DNA of 32,000 bases. Origin: Escherichia coli (lineage in GTDB: Bacteria > Pseudomonadota > Gammaproteobacteria > Enterobacterales > Enterobacteriaceae). A model generated the notes under the pieces. That model was not told the DNA's origin. It worked only from the letters and a program-made list of their open reading frames with translations, and made no database searches. The translations under genes were made by a program, and so were the position numbers. Below, piece after piece: positions 19,480 through 30,816 of this stretch (positions within the stretch are counted from its first letter, which is position 1; each line of letters starts with the position of its first letter). Where the stretch lies: NCBI RefSeq assembly GCF_041320205.1, contig NZ_CP100996.1; one strand, written 5' to 3'.

Positions 19480-20715
19480 TTAAAAGGAAATAAACAGAGC
19501 CTTTCGCCGATGAATCAATGTGCTGATTTCCCTCAAATCAGCCTCAATACTACCAACATCACCAAAGACTTCACCTCTAATCTCACTTCGATTTTTCATG
19601 AAATTGGTGCTTAATAAGCTTTCTTTTTTTAATGCCATTAATTTTGGTTTTATATCGTTATAGAAATGCTTACGGCTTACCCTGATGCTATGAATCGAGT
19701 AGTAAACTGTTTTATACATCAAAAATATAAGTAACTGGCCGAGAAGATATTCTTTTTCAATGTATTTATATTGAGAGGATTTTTCGCGTTTCGCCAGGTA
19801 GAAAACATGAGGTGCGATGATGGTGGGGATAAAATCCAGTGCTGGAGAGGTTTTGGTTTTTTCTGTTTCTCTTCCGGATTGAAGATGTTGAAGTACAGAG
19901 TATGCAATGCTTAATATTATGGCATTGCTTATATTATTAATTTCAGTTGGGTAAATATGCAGGTTGCTTATCAATTCTGAAAGGCAAAGTAAAACACCAG
20001 TGATGTTAGGTTTTCTGCCAGATATTGTGGTGGTGTTGAAAATGTGGCGATTCTTACGACTTATATTGACAAATTTATGAGTGCAGAACTCTATATGTTC
20101 GACGATTTTATCTTGACTATTTTTAATGTATTTTGAAATGTTAGTGATCCGGCCATTCAACGTTAGTTCATCAAGCAATATATCATTTTTAATATTGCGA
20201 ATTTCATCGCAATGTTCACATTGAGAAACTATCTCATGTAATACATAACTCGAAGTATTGCGTGACGATGCTGATATGTAATCTAAAATGGAATGCTCGA
20301 CTTTGATTTTTTGTTTGTATTTTTTAATGCACTGTTTGATTGTTTTTTGTAGAGTATTTGAGATGTGTTTTTTATATTCTTTTAGAAAATCTTGCTCTAA
20401 AAAGAGTGAGGAGAAGATCAACTGCTGGCGAGATAATTTAATCTCAGGCTTGATCAATTTAATCCGAAAAACTCTTCCCTCCAACTCATAGCTGAACATG
20501 GAAGATAAGTCATAGTGGGGTGATAAATGTTCGAGTAACGACATTCGTGTATTCATTAGCCGCTTGAATTTATGGTCAGCATACATAAGTGTTTTTTTTA
20601 TTTGCTCATCATAAAGTGGGCCGATAGCGCAGTTGGCAATACTCATTCTATCCGGAGACCTCCAGTCAGCAGGGGAATCACATTGACGGTCATCATTACT
20701 ATCAAAGGGCATCAA
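19480..20715 (-). CDS. hypothetical protein, 411 aa (true start may be downstream of 20715)
   Basis: Long AT-rich, lysine/isoleucine-rich open frame; divergent from hsdM. Confidence 0.65.
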   Translation of the reverse strand: MMPFDSNDDRQCDSPADWRSPDRMSIANCAIGPLYDEQIKKTLMYADHKFKRLMNTRMSLLEHLSPHYDLSSMFSYELEGRVFRIKLIKPEIKLSRQQLIFSSLFLEQDFLKEYKKHISNTLQKTIKQCIKKYKQKIKVEHSILDYISASSRNTSSYVLHEIVSQCEHCDEIRNIKNDILLDELTLNGRITNISKYIKNSQDKIVEHIEFCTHKFVNISRKNRHIFNTTTISGRKPNITGVLLCLSELISNLHIYPTEINNISNAIILSIAYSVLQHLQSGRETEKTKTSPALDFIPTIIAPHVFYLAKREKSSQYKYIEKEYLLGQLLIFLMYKTVYYSIHSIRVSRKHFYNDIKPKLMALKKESLLSTNFMKNRSEIRGEVFGDVGSIEADLREISTLIHRRKALFISF

Positions 20716-21017
20716 CGTTGCCGATTATGGATGATGTCAGCTTCACACACCAGTACGGGTGATATATGGATCATCATTACCCCAACGGCAGTTTTACACC
20801 ATGGCTAATATGGATGCTATCTTACTAAGATAATTGGTTTTTAGCGAGTGACGAGCCAGGTTGTGTCAGTCTGTCTCATGTCGATATTACGGGGATGATG
20901 CAAACCTGAATGCTGCGATATTGGCGTGTCAGGGGAGGCATCTTACGGTATCATTTACCGCAATTTTTAAGATGCAATGCCCTGCATCGCAGGCTTTTCT
21001 TCAGACCAGGATGATTC
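20716..21017. promoter_or_regulatory. divergent intergenic regulatory region between the 411-aa gene and hsdM
   Basis: Contains repeat copy B, perfect palindrome TATCTTACTAAGATA (20818-20832) and a GATGCA..TGCATC hairpin upstream of hsdM. Confidence 0.5.
20750..20852 (+). repeat. copy B of the diverged ~100-bp direct repeat (copy A at 9827-9929)
   Basis: Strongest block tcattaccccaacggcagttttacacc (20774-20800) vs ccattaccccaacgacagtattacacc (9853-9879). Confidence 0.65.
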
Positions 21018-22541
21018 ATGAACGACAAAATCAGTCAGGACACGATCAACAAAGCCCTGTGGGCCGCGTGTGATACGTTCCGTGGCACCATCAGTGCTGA
21101 TACCTATAAAGACTTTATCCTTACCATGCTGTTCCTTAAGTACATTTCGGATGTCTGGCAGGATCATTACGATGAATATAAAAAACAGTATGGTGATGCA
21201 CCAGAACTCATTGAAGCCATGATGGCGAATGAACGTTTCGTATTGCCGAAAAGCGCCAGTTTCTATGCGCTGTATGAACGTCGTCATGAACCGGGCAATG
21301 GTGAGCGCATCGACCAGGCTCTGCATGCGATTGAAGAAGCTAATGGCACCAAACTGAAAGACGCCGGGAAAAGCGTGTTCCAGGATATTTCGTTTAACAC
21401 CGATCGCCTAGGTGAAGAAAAACAGAAGAACACCATCCTGCGTCAGCTGCTGGAAGACTTTGCCGGTCAAGATCTTAACCTGAAGCCGAGCCGTGTCGGT
21501 ACGCTGGACGTTATCGGTAATGCCTACGAATATCTGATCAAAAACTTTGCTGCCAGCGGTGGGCAGAAAGCCGGGGAATTCTATACCCCGCCGGAAGTTT
21601 CGGACCTGATTGCAGAACTGCTCGATCCGCAACCGGGTGATACCATCTGCGATCCAGCCTGTGGTTCCGGTTCATTATTGATGAAGTGTGGGCGTAAAAT
21701 TGTCTCCGGGCATGATAGTCGTAACTATGCATTGTTCGGTCAGGAAGCGATCGGTTCTACGTGGTCGCTGGCGAAAATGAATATGTTCCTGCACGGGGAA
21801 GACAACCATAAAATCGAGTGGGGCGATACCATTCGCAACCCGAAGCTGCTCGATAAAAATGGTGATTTGATGCTGTTTGATATCGTGACCGCTAACCCGC
21901 CGTTCAGCCTGGATAAGTGGGGACATGACGAGGCCGAGAACGATAAGTTTGGTCGTTTCCGTCGTGGTGTACCGCCGAAGACTAAAGGAGATTACGCCTT
22001 TATCTCGCATATGATAGAAACCCTGAAACCGGGGACTGGTCGTATGGGCGTGGTGGTGCCACACGGCGTACTGTTTCGTGGCTCCAGCGAAGGTAAAATT
22101 CGCCAGAAACTGATTGATGAAAATCTGCTGGATGCCGTCATTGGCTTGCCGGAAAAACTGTTCTACGGTACAGGTATTCCTGCTGCGATTCTGATTTTCA
22201 AAAAACAGAAAGTGGATGACAAGGTACTGTTTATCGATGCCAGCCGTGAATATAAGGCGGGCAAAAACCAGAACCAGCTCAGCGCAGAAAATATCCAGAA
22301 GATCGTTAACACCTATCGTGAAGGCGATAACGTCGAGAAATACGCCTATCTCGCCAGCCTGAAAGAGATTCAGGACAACGACTATAACCTCAATATTCCA
22401 CGCTATGTCGATACCTTTGAAGAAGAAGACGAGATTGATTTGCTGGCGGTGCGTGCAGAGCGCGAGCAACTGAAGGTGGAACTGGCGAAGCTGGAAGTTG
22501 AGATGGCGGGTTATTTGAAGGAGTTGGGTTATGGTGCCTAA
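21018..22541 (+). CDS. hsdM: type I restriction-modification system methyltransferase subunit
   Basis: N6-adenine MTase motifs DPACGSGSLL and NPPF; HsdM N-terminal helical domain; 507 aa. Confidence 0.95.
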   Translation: MNDKISQDTINKALWAACDTFRGTISADTYKDFILTMLFLKYISDVWQDHYDEYKKQYGDAPELIEAMMANERFVLPKSASFYALYERRHEPGNGERIDQALHAIEEANGTKLKDAGKSVFQDISFNTDRLGEEKQKNTILRQLLEDFAGQDLNLKPSRVGTLDVIGNAYEYLIKNFAASGGQKAGEFYTPPEVSDLIAELLDPQPGDTICDPACGSGSLLMKCGRKIVSGHDSRNYALFGQEAIGSTWSLAKMNMFLHGEDNHKIEWGDTIRNPKLLDKNGDLMLFDIVTANPPFSLDKWGHDEAENDKFGRFRRGVPPKTKGDYAFISHMIETLKPGTGRMGVVVPHGVLFRGSSEGKIRQKLIDENLLDAVIGLPEKLFYGTGIPAAILIFKKQKVDDKVLFIDASREYKAGKNQNQLSAENIQKIVNTYREGDNVEKYAYLASLKEIQDNDYNLNIPRYVDTFEEEDEIDLLAVRAEREQLKVELAKLEVEMAGYLKELGYGA

Positions 22542-23162
22542 GGGGTGGAGTGTTTTCCGGTTGGAAGATATCGTCATTCGTACACAGCTGGGGACCACGG
22601 AGAGAGGGATGAGTGAAGATCCATTAACGACATTAATTCCGTTGATCAAGATGGGAAATCTTGGGTGGGGTTCTGTTAATTTTAATAAAGTCGAATATAT
22701 CGAACAGTCACTCATTAATGATAGTTTTTTACTTAAAAAAGGTGATTTTCTTTTTAATACTAGGAACACACCAGATTTAGTAGGCAAGTCGGCCGTTTGG
22801 GATGAGGATTACACGGCAACGTTCGATAACAATATTAATCGTATTGTATTTAACAAAAAGGTATATACGAATTTTATTGCCTATTATTTGAATACAGGAA
22901 AAGGTAAGTCAGCTATTCAGTCTCTTCCTGCTGGAAGTACCAGCGTTGCTGCAATTTACTGGAAAGATCTAAAAAATATTCAGTTACTACTTCCCAGCTT
23001 GGGTGAGCAACAGAAGATCGTTCAAATTTTATCTACGTGGGATAAGGCGATTTCGGTGACGGAAAAGCTTCTCACCAACAGTCAGCAGCAGAAAAAAGCC
23101 CTGATGCAGCAATTGCTTACTGGGAAGAAACGCTTGCTGGATGAGAATGGGGTGAGGTTTAG

Positions 23163-24358
<1,196 letters not shown>

Positions 24359-24971
24359 TTAGCACGGAGTGGGAGTTTAAAAGAATAAGTGAAATAGCAA
24401 CGCGAGTTCAACGTAAAAATGATGCTGCCGAACATCCTATTTTAACAATATCATCTTTGTCCGGATTTGTCCGGCAGGATGAGCGTTATAGTCGTTATAT
24501 GGCGGGAGAAAGTGTGAAAAATTATATCCTGCTTAAAAAAGGTGAGTTTGCATATAACAAAGGAAACTCAAAAACATACGAGTTCGGATGTATTTTTGAC
24601 CTTGAAGCATATGAAGCAGGACTGGTACCCCATGTCTATGTTTGCTTTAGATTAAAAAATGGGCTCAGTCACCGTTATTTTAAATATTTATTTGAGGCTG
24701 ATTATCTCAAGCCACAGTTAGGGGCGTTAGTTAATACTGGGGTCCGAAATAATGGTTTATTAAATATCAAACCGACAGAGTTTATGCAAACAAAAGTCCC
24801 TGTTCCATGTTTTGAAGAGCAGGAAAGCATCGCTGATATGTTATATAACTCCAGCAGGACGATACGTGTTCTTCAGGATAAACTCGCCTGCCTGAAAGAC
24901 GAGAAAAAAGCCCTGATGCAACAGCTACTGACTGGCAAACGTCGTGTTAAGGTCGATGAGGCGGTTGCCGA

Positions 24972-25655
24972 ATGAAACTGACGAAAAGCGGTCCACTGAC
25001 TGACCGGGAAATCGACTGGCTGGAAGAGGTGTTGCTGAAATACGGCAATGATGACTCTGTGCTCTGTTTCTCTGAGCTGGATGGCTTTCTGACAGCGATT
25101 GTCTCTGGCCCGAATACGATTTCCCCTAATACCTGGCTCAGTGCTATCTGGGGGCGAGGTGATTACCACCCTCGCTGGACCACTGAAAAAGAGATGACGC
25201 GTTTTGTGGGGCTGTGTTTTCAGCATATGAACGATATCGCTGGCTGCCTGTATGAGGCCCCTGAACAGTTTGAACCGATTTTCAATGGACGTGAGGTGAA
25301 GGGGAAGACATATACCATCGTCGAAGAGTGGTGTTTCGGGTATATGAAAGGCCGGTCTCTGGATGACTGGTCAGCCTTGCCAGAGGCCTTACGTCCCTCG
25401 CTGGAGGCGATAGCCCTTCATGGTATCGAAAAGAACTTCCCAGTGGTTGAGAAAATGTCACCTCTTCAATTTGAACAGAGTATTACTCTAATTCAGCCTG
25501 CGGCACTGGCGCTTTACCAGCACTGGTTGTCGGTGAGAATGTCAGAGGCATCATCCCGGCCTGTTCCCGTGAAGGGGGCAGAAAAACTGCCCGGTCGTAA
25601 TGACCCGTGTCAGTGTGGCAGCGGTAAAAAATTTAAAAAGTGCTGCCTGCACTGA
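24972..25655 (+). CDS. YecA-like UPF0149 family protein with C-terminal SEC-C zinc motif (paralog, not the backbone yecA)
   Basis: DREIDWLEEVLLKY..LDGFLTAI...TIVEEWCFGYMKG..LPGRNDPCQCGSGKKFKKCCLH; ATG overlaps hsdS stop (ATGA). Confidence 0.9.
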   Translation: MKLTKSGPLTDREIDWLEEVLLKYGNDDSVLCFSELDGFLTAIVSGPNTISPNTWLSAIWGRGDYHPRWTTEKEMTRFVGLCFQHMNDIAGCLYEAPEQFEPIFNGREVKGKTYTIVEEWCFGYMKGRSLDDWSALPEALRPSLEAIALHGIEKNFPVVEKMSPLQFEQSITLIQPAALALYQHWLSVRMSEASSRPVPVKGAEKLPGRNDPCQCGSGKKFKKCCLH

Positions 25656-25677
25656 CAAAGCGGAAGGGGGCTTGCTC

Positions 25678-27462
25678 ATGGCAGTGAACAATCTGGATCG
25701 TTCCCGGTGGTACATAGGAAATGTTCTCTGGTTCGGAGGCTACAACAGCAAAACGGATCGGGAGAATAACTTTGGTTTTCTCTTATCAGAGAATGGTAAT
25801 GAGCTGTTTTTTCATAAGAATGAGATAAGCCGGAACTATACACCCGCTGACAATACACCGGTGCTGTTCAGGGAAGGTACAGGTAAAAATGGTAAGCCTA
25901 CGGCTTTTAACGTTCACTTGCTTGATAAAACAGATGAGGAGACGGCTGAGCTCCTCATTGAATATCTCCGGGCTATTATTGAGGAGGGCGTTGATTTCGC
26001 TCGTTGGCGTTATCGTGACTGCGTTATTAATTTCCTCACTCAGTCCTTTGGCGAAAGGGCTATAATTCGGTTAGTTACCAGTGATATAGCTGCTACAAAA
26101 GTCTTGCCGCTATTTTTAAAATCACGTAACTACGATAACCAGTTTGCACTTTTCGCCTCTGATAAGAATTTTGATGATTTGACCGCACAACAAATATCTC
26201 CTGTGGTCATGCCTTCGTCATTTATCGATAATAACATTGATCAGTTCGCTGTTTGGGTGAAAAGGTGTTCTGCGGCTACGGATTGCCAGGGGGCTTCAAC
26301 ATCGGACATCATCAATGAATTACTCAGCCATATATCTATAAGTGCTATTCTCTACCTGGCTTTTTACGATTGTATAAGTAGCGAGCGGATTCTTGAGCAT
26401 CGGCATGATGATATAAAGAATTTTGTTCGACGTAGTTTCACGAAAAATAAAATGGATATAAAACCGTTTGTCCGTGATGCCTATCAGCAGAAATTCTCAT
26501 CGAGAGAGCAATTTTACAAGCATTCCGTGATTAGCCCTTTTGTCAATAAGTATTTGATTAAACAGAAGATGTTTAGGAAAGATTTCAGTTTTGTTAATGA
26601 TGTTGAATCAAATGCTGAATTTTCTTCTGACCCTGAATACTTTATTCTGAGTAAATTGTTACCGCTGATTGGGCGTAACGATGAACAGTCCGTTCTGAGT
26701 ATTATTCTGCATGAGATATGGCAGGGAGTGTTGTCGGGTAAAATCCCGGTAAGCCATCCTTCTGTTTTCAAATTGTTCCCACAGTGTAGCTCATTGAAAA
26801 TTCGTTCCCGGAATTTAAAATTATCCTGTGAAGCATTTCACTGGAATGCAAAACAGTCTGATGGAACGATAGAGAAAAAATACCTTTGTCGTTCGAAAGT
26901 CTGCCATGATCCGCAGGTACTACCCGAGCTCAGTCGGGATTACATCGACTTTACTATTTATGACTGGCTTGCGCACTATGGCATGACCTATATGGTTGCA
27001 GGAGAACCATCTAAGCGGGATTTCCCAATTAAACTGGCTGGGTATTTCAACCGTATCAGAGAATTACATTCCCGCTTGCATTGCCGAAGTTGTGGGGTGC
27101 TGATGGTTCCAGATATGAAATATGCTCGTGTCGAAGTCAGCGTCTGGGATACAAAGTCGAAAGGATTTGTGAAAAAACCTTTCCAGGCCGCGTATCGCCT
27201 GACCGTCTTTAAATGTGCCAGTCATTCGTGCGAACAGTTTGGTATCGGGCATTACATTAATCACTGTATTGGTTACAAATGCAGCGAAATAATTGACGCC
27301 AGGGATTTGCATGAAAAATGTTCAGAAGGACGATTTATTTGTGCATCCTGTGGTTCCTGCTGTACGACGCATCAGGAGAAATTTGGTAATGTAAACAAGG
27401 GCGAAACAGAACAGGTCAAGTACAATCGCCTTTATCGGGACTCGCCGTTCTTTTCATCATAA
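25678..27462 (+). CDS. unknown ~594-aa protein with N-terminal cold-shock-like domain and C-terminal Cys clusters, embedded in the type I R-M operon
   Basis: YIGNVLWFGGYNSKTDRENNFGFLLSENGNELFFHKNEI resembles CSD; LHCRSCGVL, FKCASHSC, CIGYKC, FICASCGSCC in the C-terminus; ATG at 25678. Confidence 0.8.
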   Translation: MAVNNLDRSRWYIGNVLWFGGYNSKTDRENNFGFLLSENGNELFFHKNEISRNYTPADNTPVLFREGTGKNGKPTAFNVHLLDKTDEETAELLIEYLRAIIEEGVDFARWRYRDCVINFLTQSFGERAIIRLVTSDIAATKVLPLFLKSRNYDNQFALFASDKNFDDLTAQQISPVVMPSSFIDNNIDQFAVWVKRCSAATDCQGASTSDIINELLSHISISAILYLAFYDCISSERILEHRHDDIKNFVRRSFTKNKMDIKPFVRDAYQQKFSSREQFYKHSVISPFVNKYLIKQKMFRKDFSFVNDVESNAEFSSDPEYFILSKLLPLIGRNDEQSVLSIILHEIWQGVLSGKIPVSHPSVFKLFPQCSSLKIRSRNLKLSCEAFHWNAKQSDGTIEKKYLCRSKVCHDPQVLPELSRDYIDFTIYDWLAHYGMTYMVAGEPSKRDFPIKLAGYFNRIRELHSRLHCRSCGVLMVPDMKYARVEVSVWDTKSKGFVKKPFQAAYRLTVFKCASHSCEQFGIGHYINHCIGYKCSEIIDARDLHEKCSEGRFICASCGSCCTTHQEKFGNVNKGETEQVKYNRLYRDSPFFSS

Positions 27463-27531
27463 GTCTTCGTTCATTTTGAGTATGTCCGTAAGGACATACA
27501 GTTTCACCTCTTAGCCAAGAAGGATTACCGG

Positions 27532-30500
27532 GTGGATAAGCACTACCAACCTAAATTCCAGGAAGAATACAGCGCCAAAATTCCGGCACTGACGTTACTG
27601 ACCAGCCTCGGCTGGACGTTTTTATCTCCGAAACAGATTATGGATTACCGGGGCTATAAACAGGATGAGGTGGTGCTGCGTCCGGTTCTGCGTGAAGAGC
27701 TGTCGAAGCGTTCCTTTATGGCGGGTGGCAAAACCTGCCAGTTATCGGAAAAAGCACTGGATAACCTGATATCACAGGTCTGTTCTCCGGCGCTGAATGA
27801 AGGGCTGCTCAAAGCCAATGAACGGATGTATAACCATCTGCTCTACGGTATCGCCGTCACGGAGTTTGTCGATGGCAAGAAGGTGAACCCCACCATTGCG
27901 CTGATCGACTGGGAACATCCGGAAAGTAACCAGTTCCATTTTACCGAAGAATTTACGGTATTGCGGTCAGGCGGTGTCGAAACCCGCAGGCCGGATATTG
28001 TGTGTTTTGTGAATGGTATCCCGCTGGCCGTCATTGAAGCGAAAAGCCCGGCGGGTCACGGCAAGAAAGGGCCAACCATTGACGAAGGGATATCCCAGAG
28101 TATCCGCAATCAGCTCAACGACGAAATCCCGCAGCTGTTTGCTTACAGCCAGATATTACTGTCGATTAACGGGCATGACGGGCGCTACGGTACCTGTCAT
28201 ACACCAATGAAATTCTGGGCGGCATGGCGCGAAGAAGATATTACTTACGCGCAGATGTATGCGCTGCGCAACCATAAGTTATCGACTGAACAAATTCATG
28301 CGTTGTTTGATCATCGTCCTTCAGTCGATCTCAAATGGTATCAACAGTTAATCGATGGGGGGGAACTGGCAGTCAGCGGGCAGGATAAGCTGCTCATCAG
28401 TCTGCTTTCACCGGAACGTCTGCTGGAGATGACCCGCTTCTTCACCCTGTTTGATAAAAAAACCGGAAAAATTGTTGCCCGCTATCAGCAGGTGTTCGGT
28501 ATTAAAAGACTGCTGGAACGCATCAGTACCCGCAGACCAGACGGGGGCAGGGAAGGTGGGGTGATCTGGCATACCACGGGGTCAGGTAAATCTTACACCA
28601 TGGTATTCCTCAGCAAGGCGCTGATTCTTCATGACAGCCTGAAGCAGTGTCGTATTGTGGTGGTGACGGACCGCGTGGACCTTGAAGGGCAGCTCAGCGG
28701 CACTTTTGTCTCTGGTGGCGAACTGGCAGGGAAGGATGATAAGGCCAAAGCGATGGCAACCTCAGGTCAGAAGCTGGCACAGCAGATTGGCTCTGGTAAA
28801 GAACGTATAATCTTTACCCTTATCCAGAAATTTAACTCAGCGACAAAATTGCCTGAATGCGTCAACACCAGCCCCGACATCATCGTTCTGATTGATGAAG
28901 GACACCGTAGCCAGGGTGGTGAGAACCATGTGCGAATGAAACTGGCACTGCCGAACGCCGCCTTTGTGGCATTTACTGGTACGCCATTGCTAAAAGAAGA
29001 TAAGACCACCAATAAATTCGGGCCGATTGTCCACGCTTATACCATGCAGCGAGCGGTAGAAGATAAAGCCGTTACACCTTTGCTGTATGAAGAACGTATT
29101 CCCGACCTTGAGGTTAACGATCGGGCAATAGATGCCTGGTTTGATCGTATTACCGATGGGTTAAGCGAAGCGCAAAAAGCCGACCTTAAGCGTAAATATG
29201 CCCGTAAAGGTGAGGTTTATAGTGCAGATGATCGCATCCGTCTGATCGCACTCGATATCGCCACGCACTTCTCGAAGAATATTGATGAGGGGCTGAAAGG
29301 CCAGCTTGCCTGCGACAGCAAGATTTCCGCCATCAAATATAAAAAGTATCTTGATGAAGCCGGGTTGTTTGAGTCAGCAGTAGTTATCAGCCCGCCGGAT
29401 ACCCGGGAAGGGAATACCGAAGTGGATGAAAGCAAACTGCCGGAAGTGACGAAATGGTGGAAGGATAATGTCGGCACGCAGGATGAGTCTGTGTATACCC
29501 GTAATATCATCAGTCGTTTCGATACCGATGAGAAGCTCAAATTGCTGATAGTCGTTGATAAACTGCTCACCGGGTTTGATGAGCCGAAGAATACCGTGCT
29601 GTATATCGACAAGCCGCTTAAGTCCCACAACCTTATCCAGGCGATTGCGCGGGTGAACCGACTGCATCCACTAAAAAAGTTCGGTCTGCTGATTGATTAT
29701 CGCGGTATTCTGGCTGAGCTGGACACGACTATCGGCAAATATCAGGACCTCGCCTCCCGAACTCAGGGCGGATACGATATCAAAGATATTGACGGGCTGT
29801 ACAGCGCCATGAGCTCTGAATACAAGCGCCTGCCGCATCTGTATAACCAGCTGTGGGCCATATTTGCCGGTGTTAAAAACAAAAATGATACTGAGCAGTT
29901 ACGTGCGGTACTGGTGCCTAAAATGGAAGAACGTGACGGAGAGATGGTCGATATCCATCAGAAAACCCGTGATGATTTCTTCGAGGCGTTAACGGCCTTT
30001 GCCGGATGCCTGAAAGTGGCACTGCAGTCCGCTACCTTCTTCACCGACAAGAGCTTTACGGAACAAGACCGAAATCTCTATAAAGAAACCGTAAAACAGA
30101 TGTCCAGCCTGCGCCAGTGGGCGATGCAGGTAAGTGGAGAGCAGGTCAATTATGACGACTACGCTGAGCAGGTGAAAAAACTGCTGGATAAGCATGTCAC
30201 CGGCGTTGAGGTTCGTGAACCGGATGGCGTGTATGAAGTCGGTAAAATGGGCAAGAGCGAAAAGCCCGAAGAGTGGGACAACAATAAAACCCGCAATGAA
30301 ACCGACATCATTAAAACCCGTGTGACAAAGATGATTGAGCAGGAGCTGCGTGATGACCCGTATGCTCAGGAAGCCTTTTCAAAACTCCTGCGTATGGCTA
30401 TTGAAGAGGCTGAAAAACTGTTCGACCATCCGTTGAAACAGTATCTCTTGTTCCGTGAATTTGAAGAACAGGTTGAAGCCCGTAAGCTCAGCGATATCCC

Positions 30501-30816
30501 GGATGCACTGGCGGTAAACAAGCATGCTCAGGCGTATTACGGTGTATTTAAAAAAGAGCTACCTGAGGTTTTTGCGGTAAACGACGTTCAGGTGCAGGAT
30601 AAGTGGACGAAGCTGGCCTTTGAAGTGGACAGCATTATCGTTAGAGCGGTGGAAGAAAACTCCCTGAACCCTCAGGATATTGAGAAAGCCGTTAAGACTA
30701 ATCTGTTACCGCTGCTGTTTACGGCCTGCCGGGAGATTGGTGCCGGAATGAATCAGGTAAACCGTATCGTGGAAACTATCATCCAGATCCTGCGCGTTGG
30801 TTTGATGAAATCATGA
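27532..30816 (+). CDS. hsdR: type I restriction endonuclease subunit R
   Basis: PD-ExK-like RPDIVCFVNGIPLAVIEAKSP; Walker A TGSGKSYTM; DEGHRSQGG; 1094 aa. Confidence 0.95.
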   Translation: MDKHYQPKFQEEYSAKIPALTLLTSLGWTFLSPKQIMDYRGYKQDEVVLRPVLREELSKRSFMAGGKTCQLSEKALDNLISQVCSPALNEGLLKANERMYNHLLYGIAVTEFVDGKKVNPTIALIDWEHPESNQFHFTEEFTVLRSGGVETRRPDIVCFVNGIPLAVIEAKSPAGHGKKGPTIDEGISQSIRNQLNDEIPQLFAYSQILLSINGHDGRYGTCHTPMKFWAAWREEDITYAQMYALRNHKLSTEQIHALFDHRPSVDLKWYQQLIDGGELAVSGQDKLLISLLSPERLLEMTRFFTLFDKKTGKIVARYQQVFGIKRLLERISTRRPDGGREGGVIWHTTGSGKSYTMVFLSKALILHDSLKQCRIVVVTDRVDLEGQLSGTFVSGGELAGKDDKAKAMATSGQKLAQQIGSGKERIIFTLIQKFNSATKLPECVNTSPDIIVLIDEGHRSQGGENHVRMKLALPNAAFVAFTGTPLLKEDKTTNKFGPIVHAYTMQRAVEDKAVTPLLYEERIPDLEVNDRAIDAWFDRITDGLSEAQKADLKRKYARKGEVYSADDRIRLIALDIATHFSKNIDEGLKGQLACDSKISAIKYKKYLDEAGLFESAVVISPPDTREGNTEVDESKLPEVTKWWKDNVGTQDESVYTRNIISRFDTDEKLKLLIVVDKLLTGFDEPKNTVLYIDKPLKSHNLIQAIARVNRLHPLKKFGLLIDYRGILAELDTTIGKYQDLASRTQGGYDIKDIDGLYSAMSSEYKRLPHLYNQLWAIFAGVKNKNDTEQLRAVLVPKMEERDGEMVDIHQKTRDDFFEALTAFAGCLKVALQSATFFTDKSFTEQDRNLYKETVKQMSSLRQWAMQVSGEQVNYDDYAEQVKKLLDKHVTGVEVREPDGVYEVGKMGKSEKPEEWDNNKTRNETDIIKTRVTKMIEQELRDDPYAQEAFSKLLRMAIEEAEKLFDHPLKQYLLFREFEEQVEARKLSDIPDALAVNKHAQAYYGVFKKELPEVFAVNDVQVQDKWTKLAFEVDSIIVRAVEENSLNPQDIEKAVKTNLLPLLFTACREIGAGMNQVNRIVETIIQILRVGLMKS

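Noticed and set aside
9664-21017. CRISPR array or retron msr/msd in the non-coding gaps
   Set aside because: No regularly spaced short repeats and no reverse transcriptase (YxDD) gene; the only repeats are the two diverged ~100-bp copies.
27843-30195. Short ORFs on both strands inside hsdR, including a 137-aa antisense ORF near 29217
   Set aside because: Shadow ORFs within a long conserved coding region.
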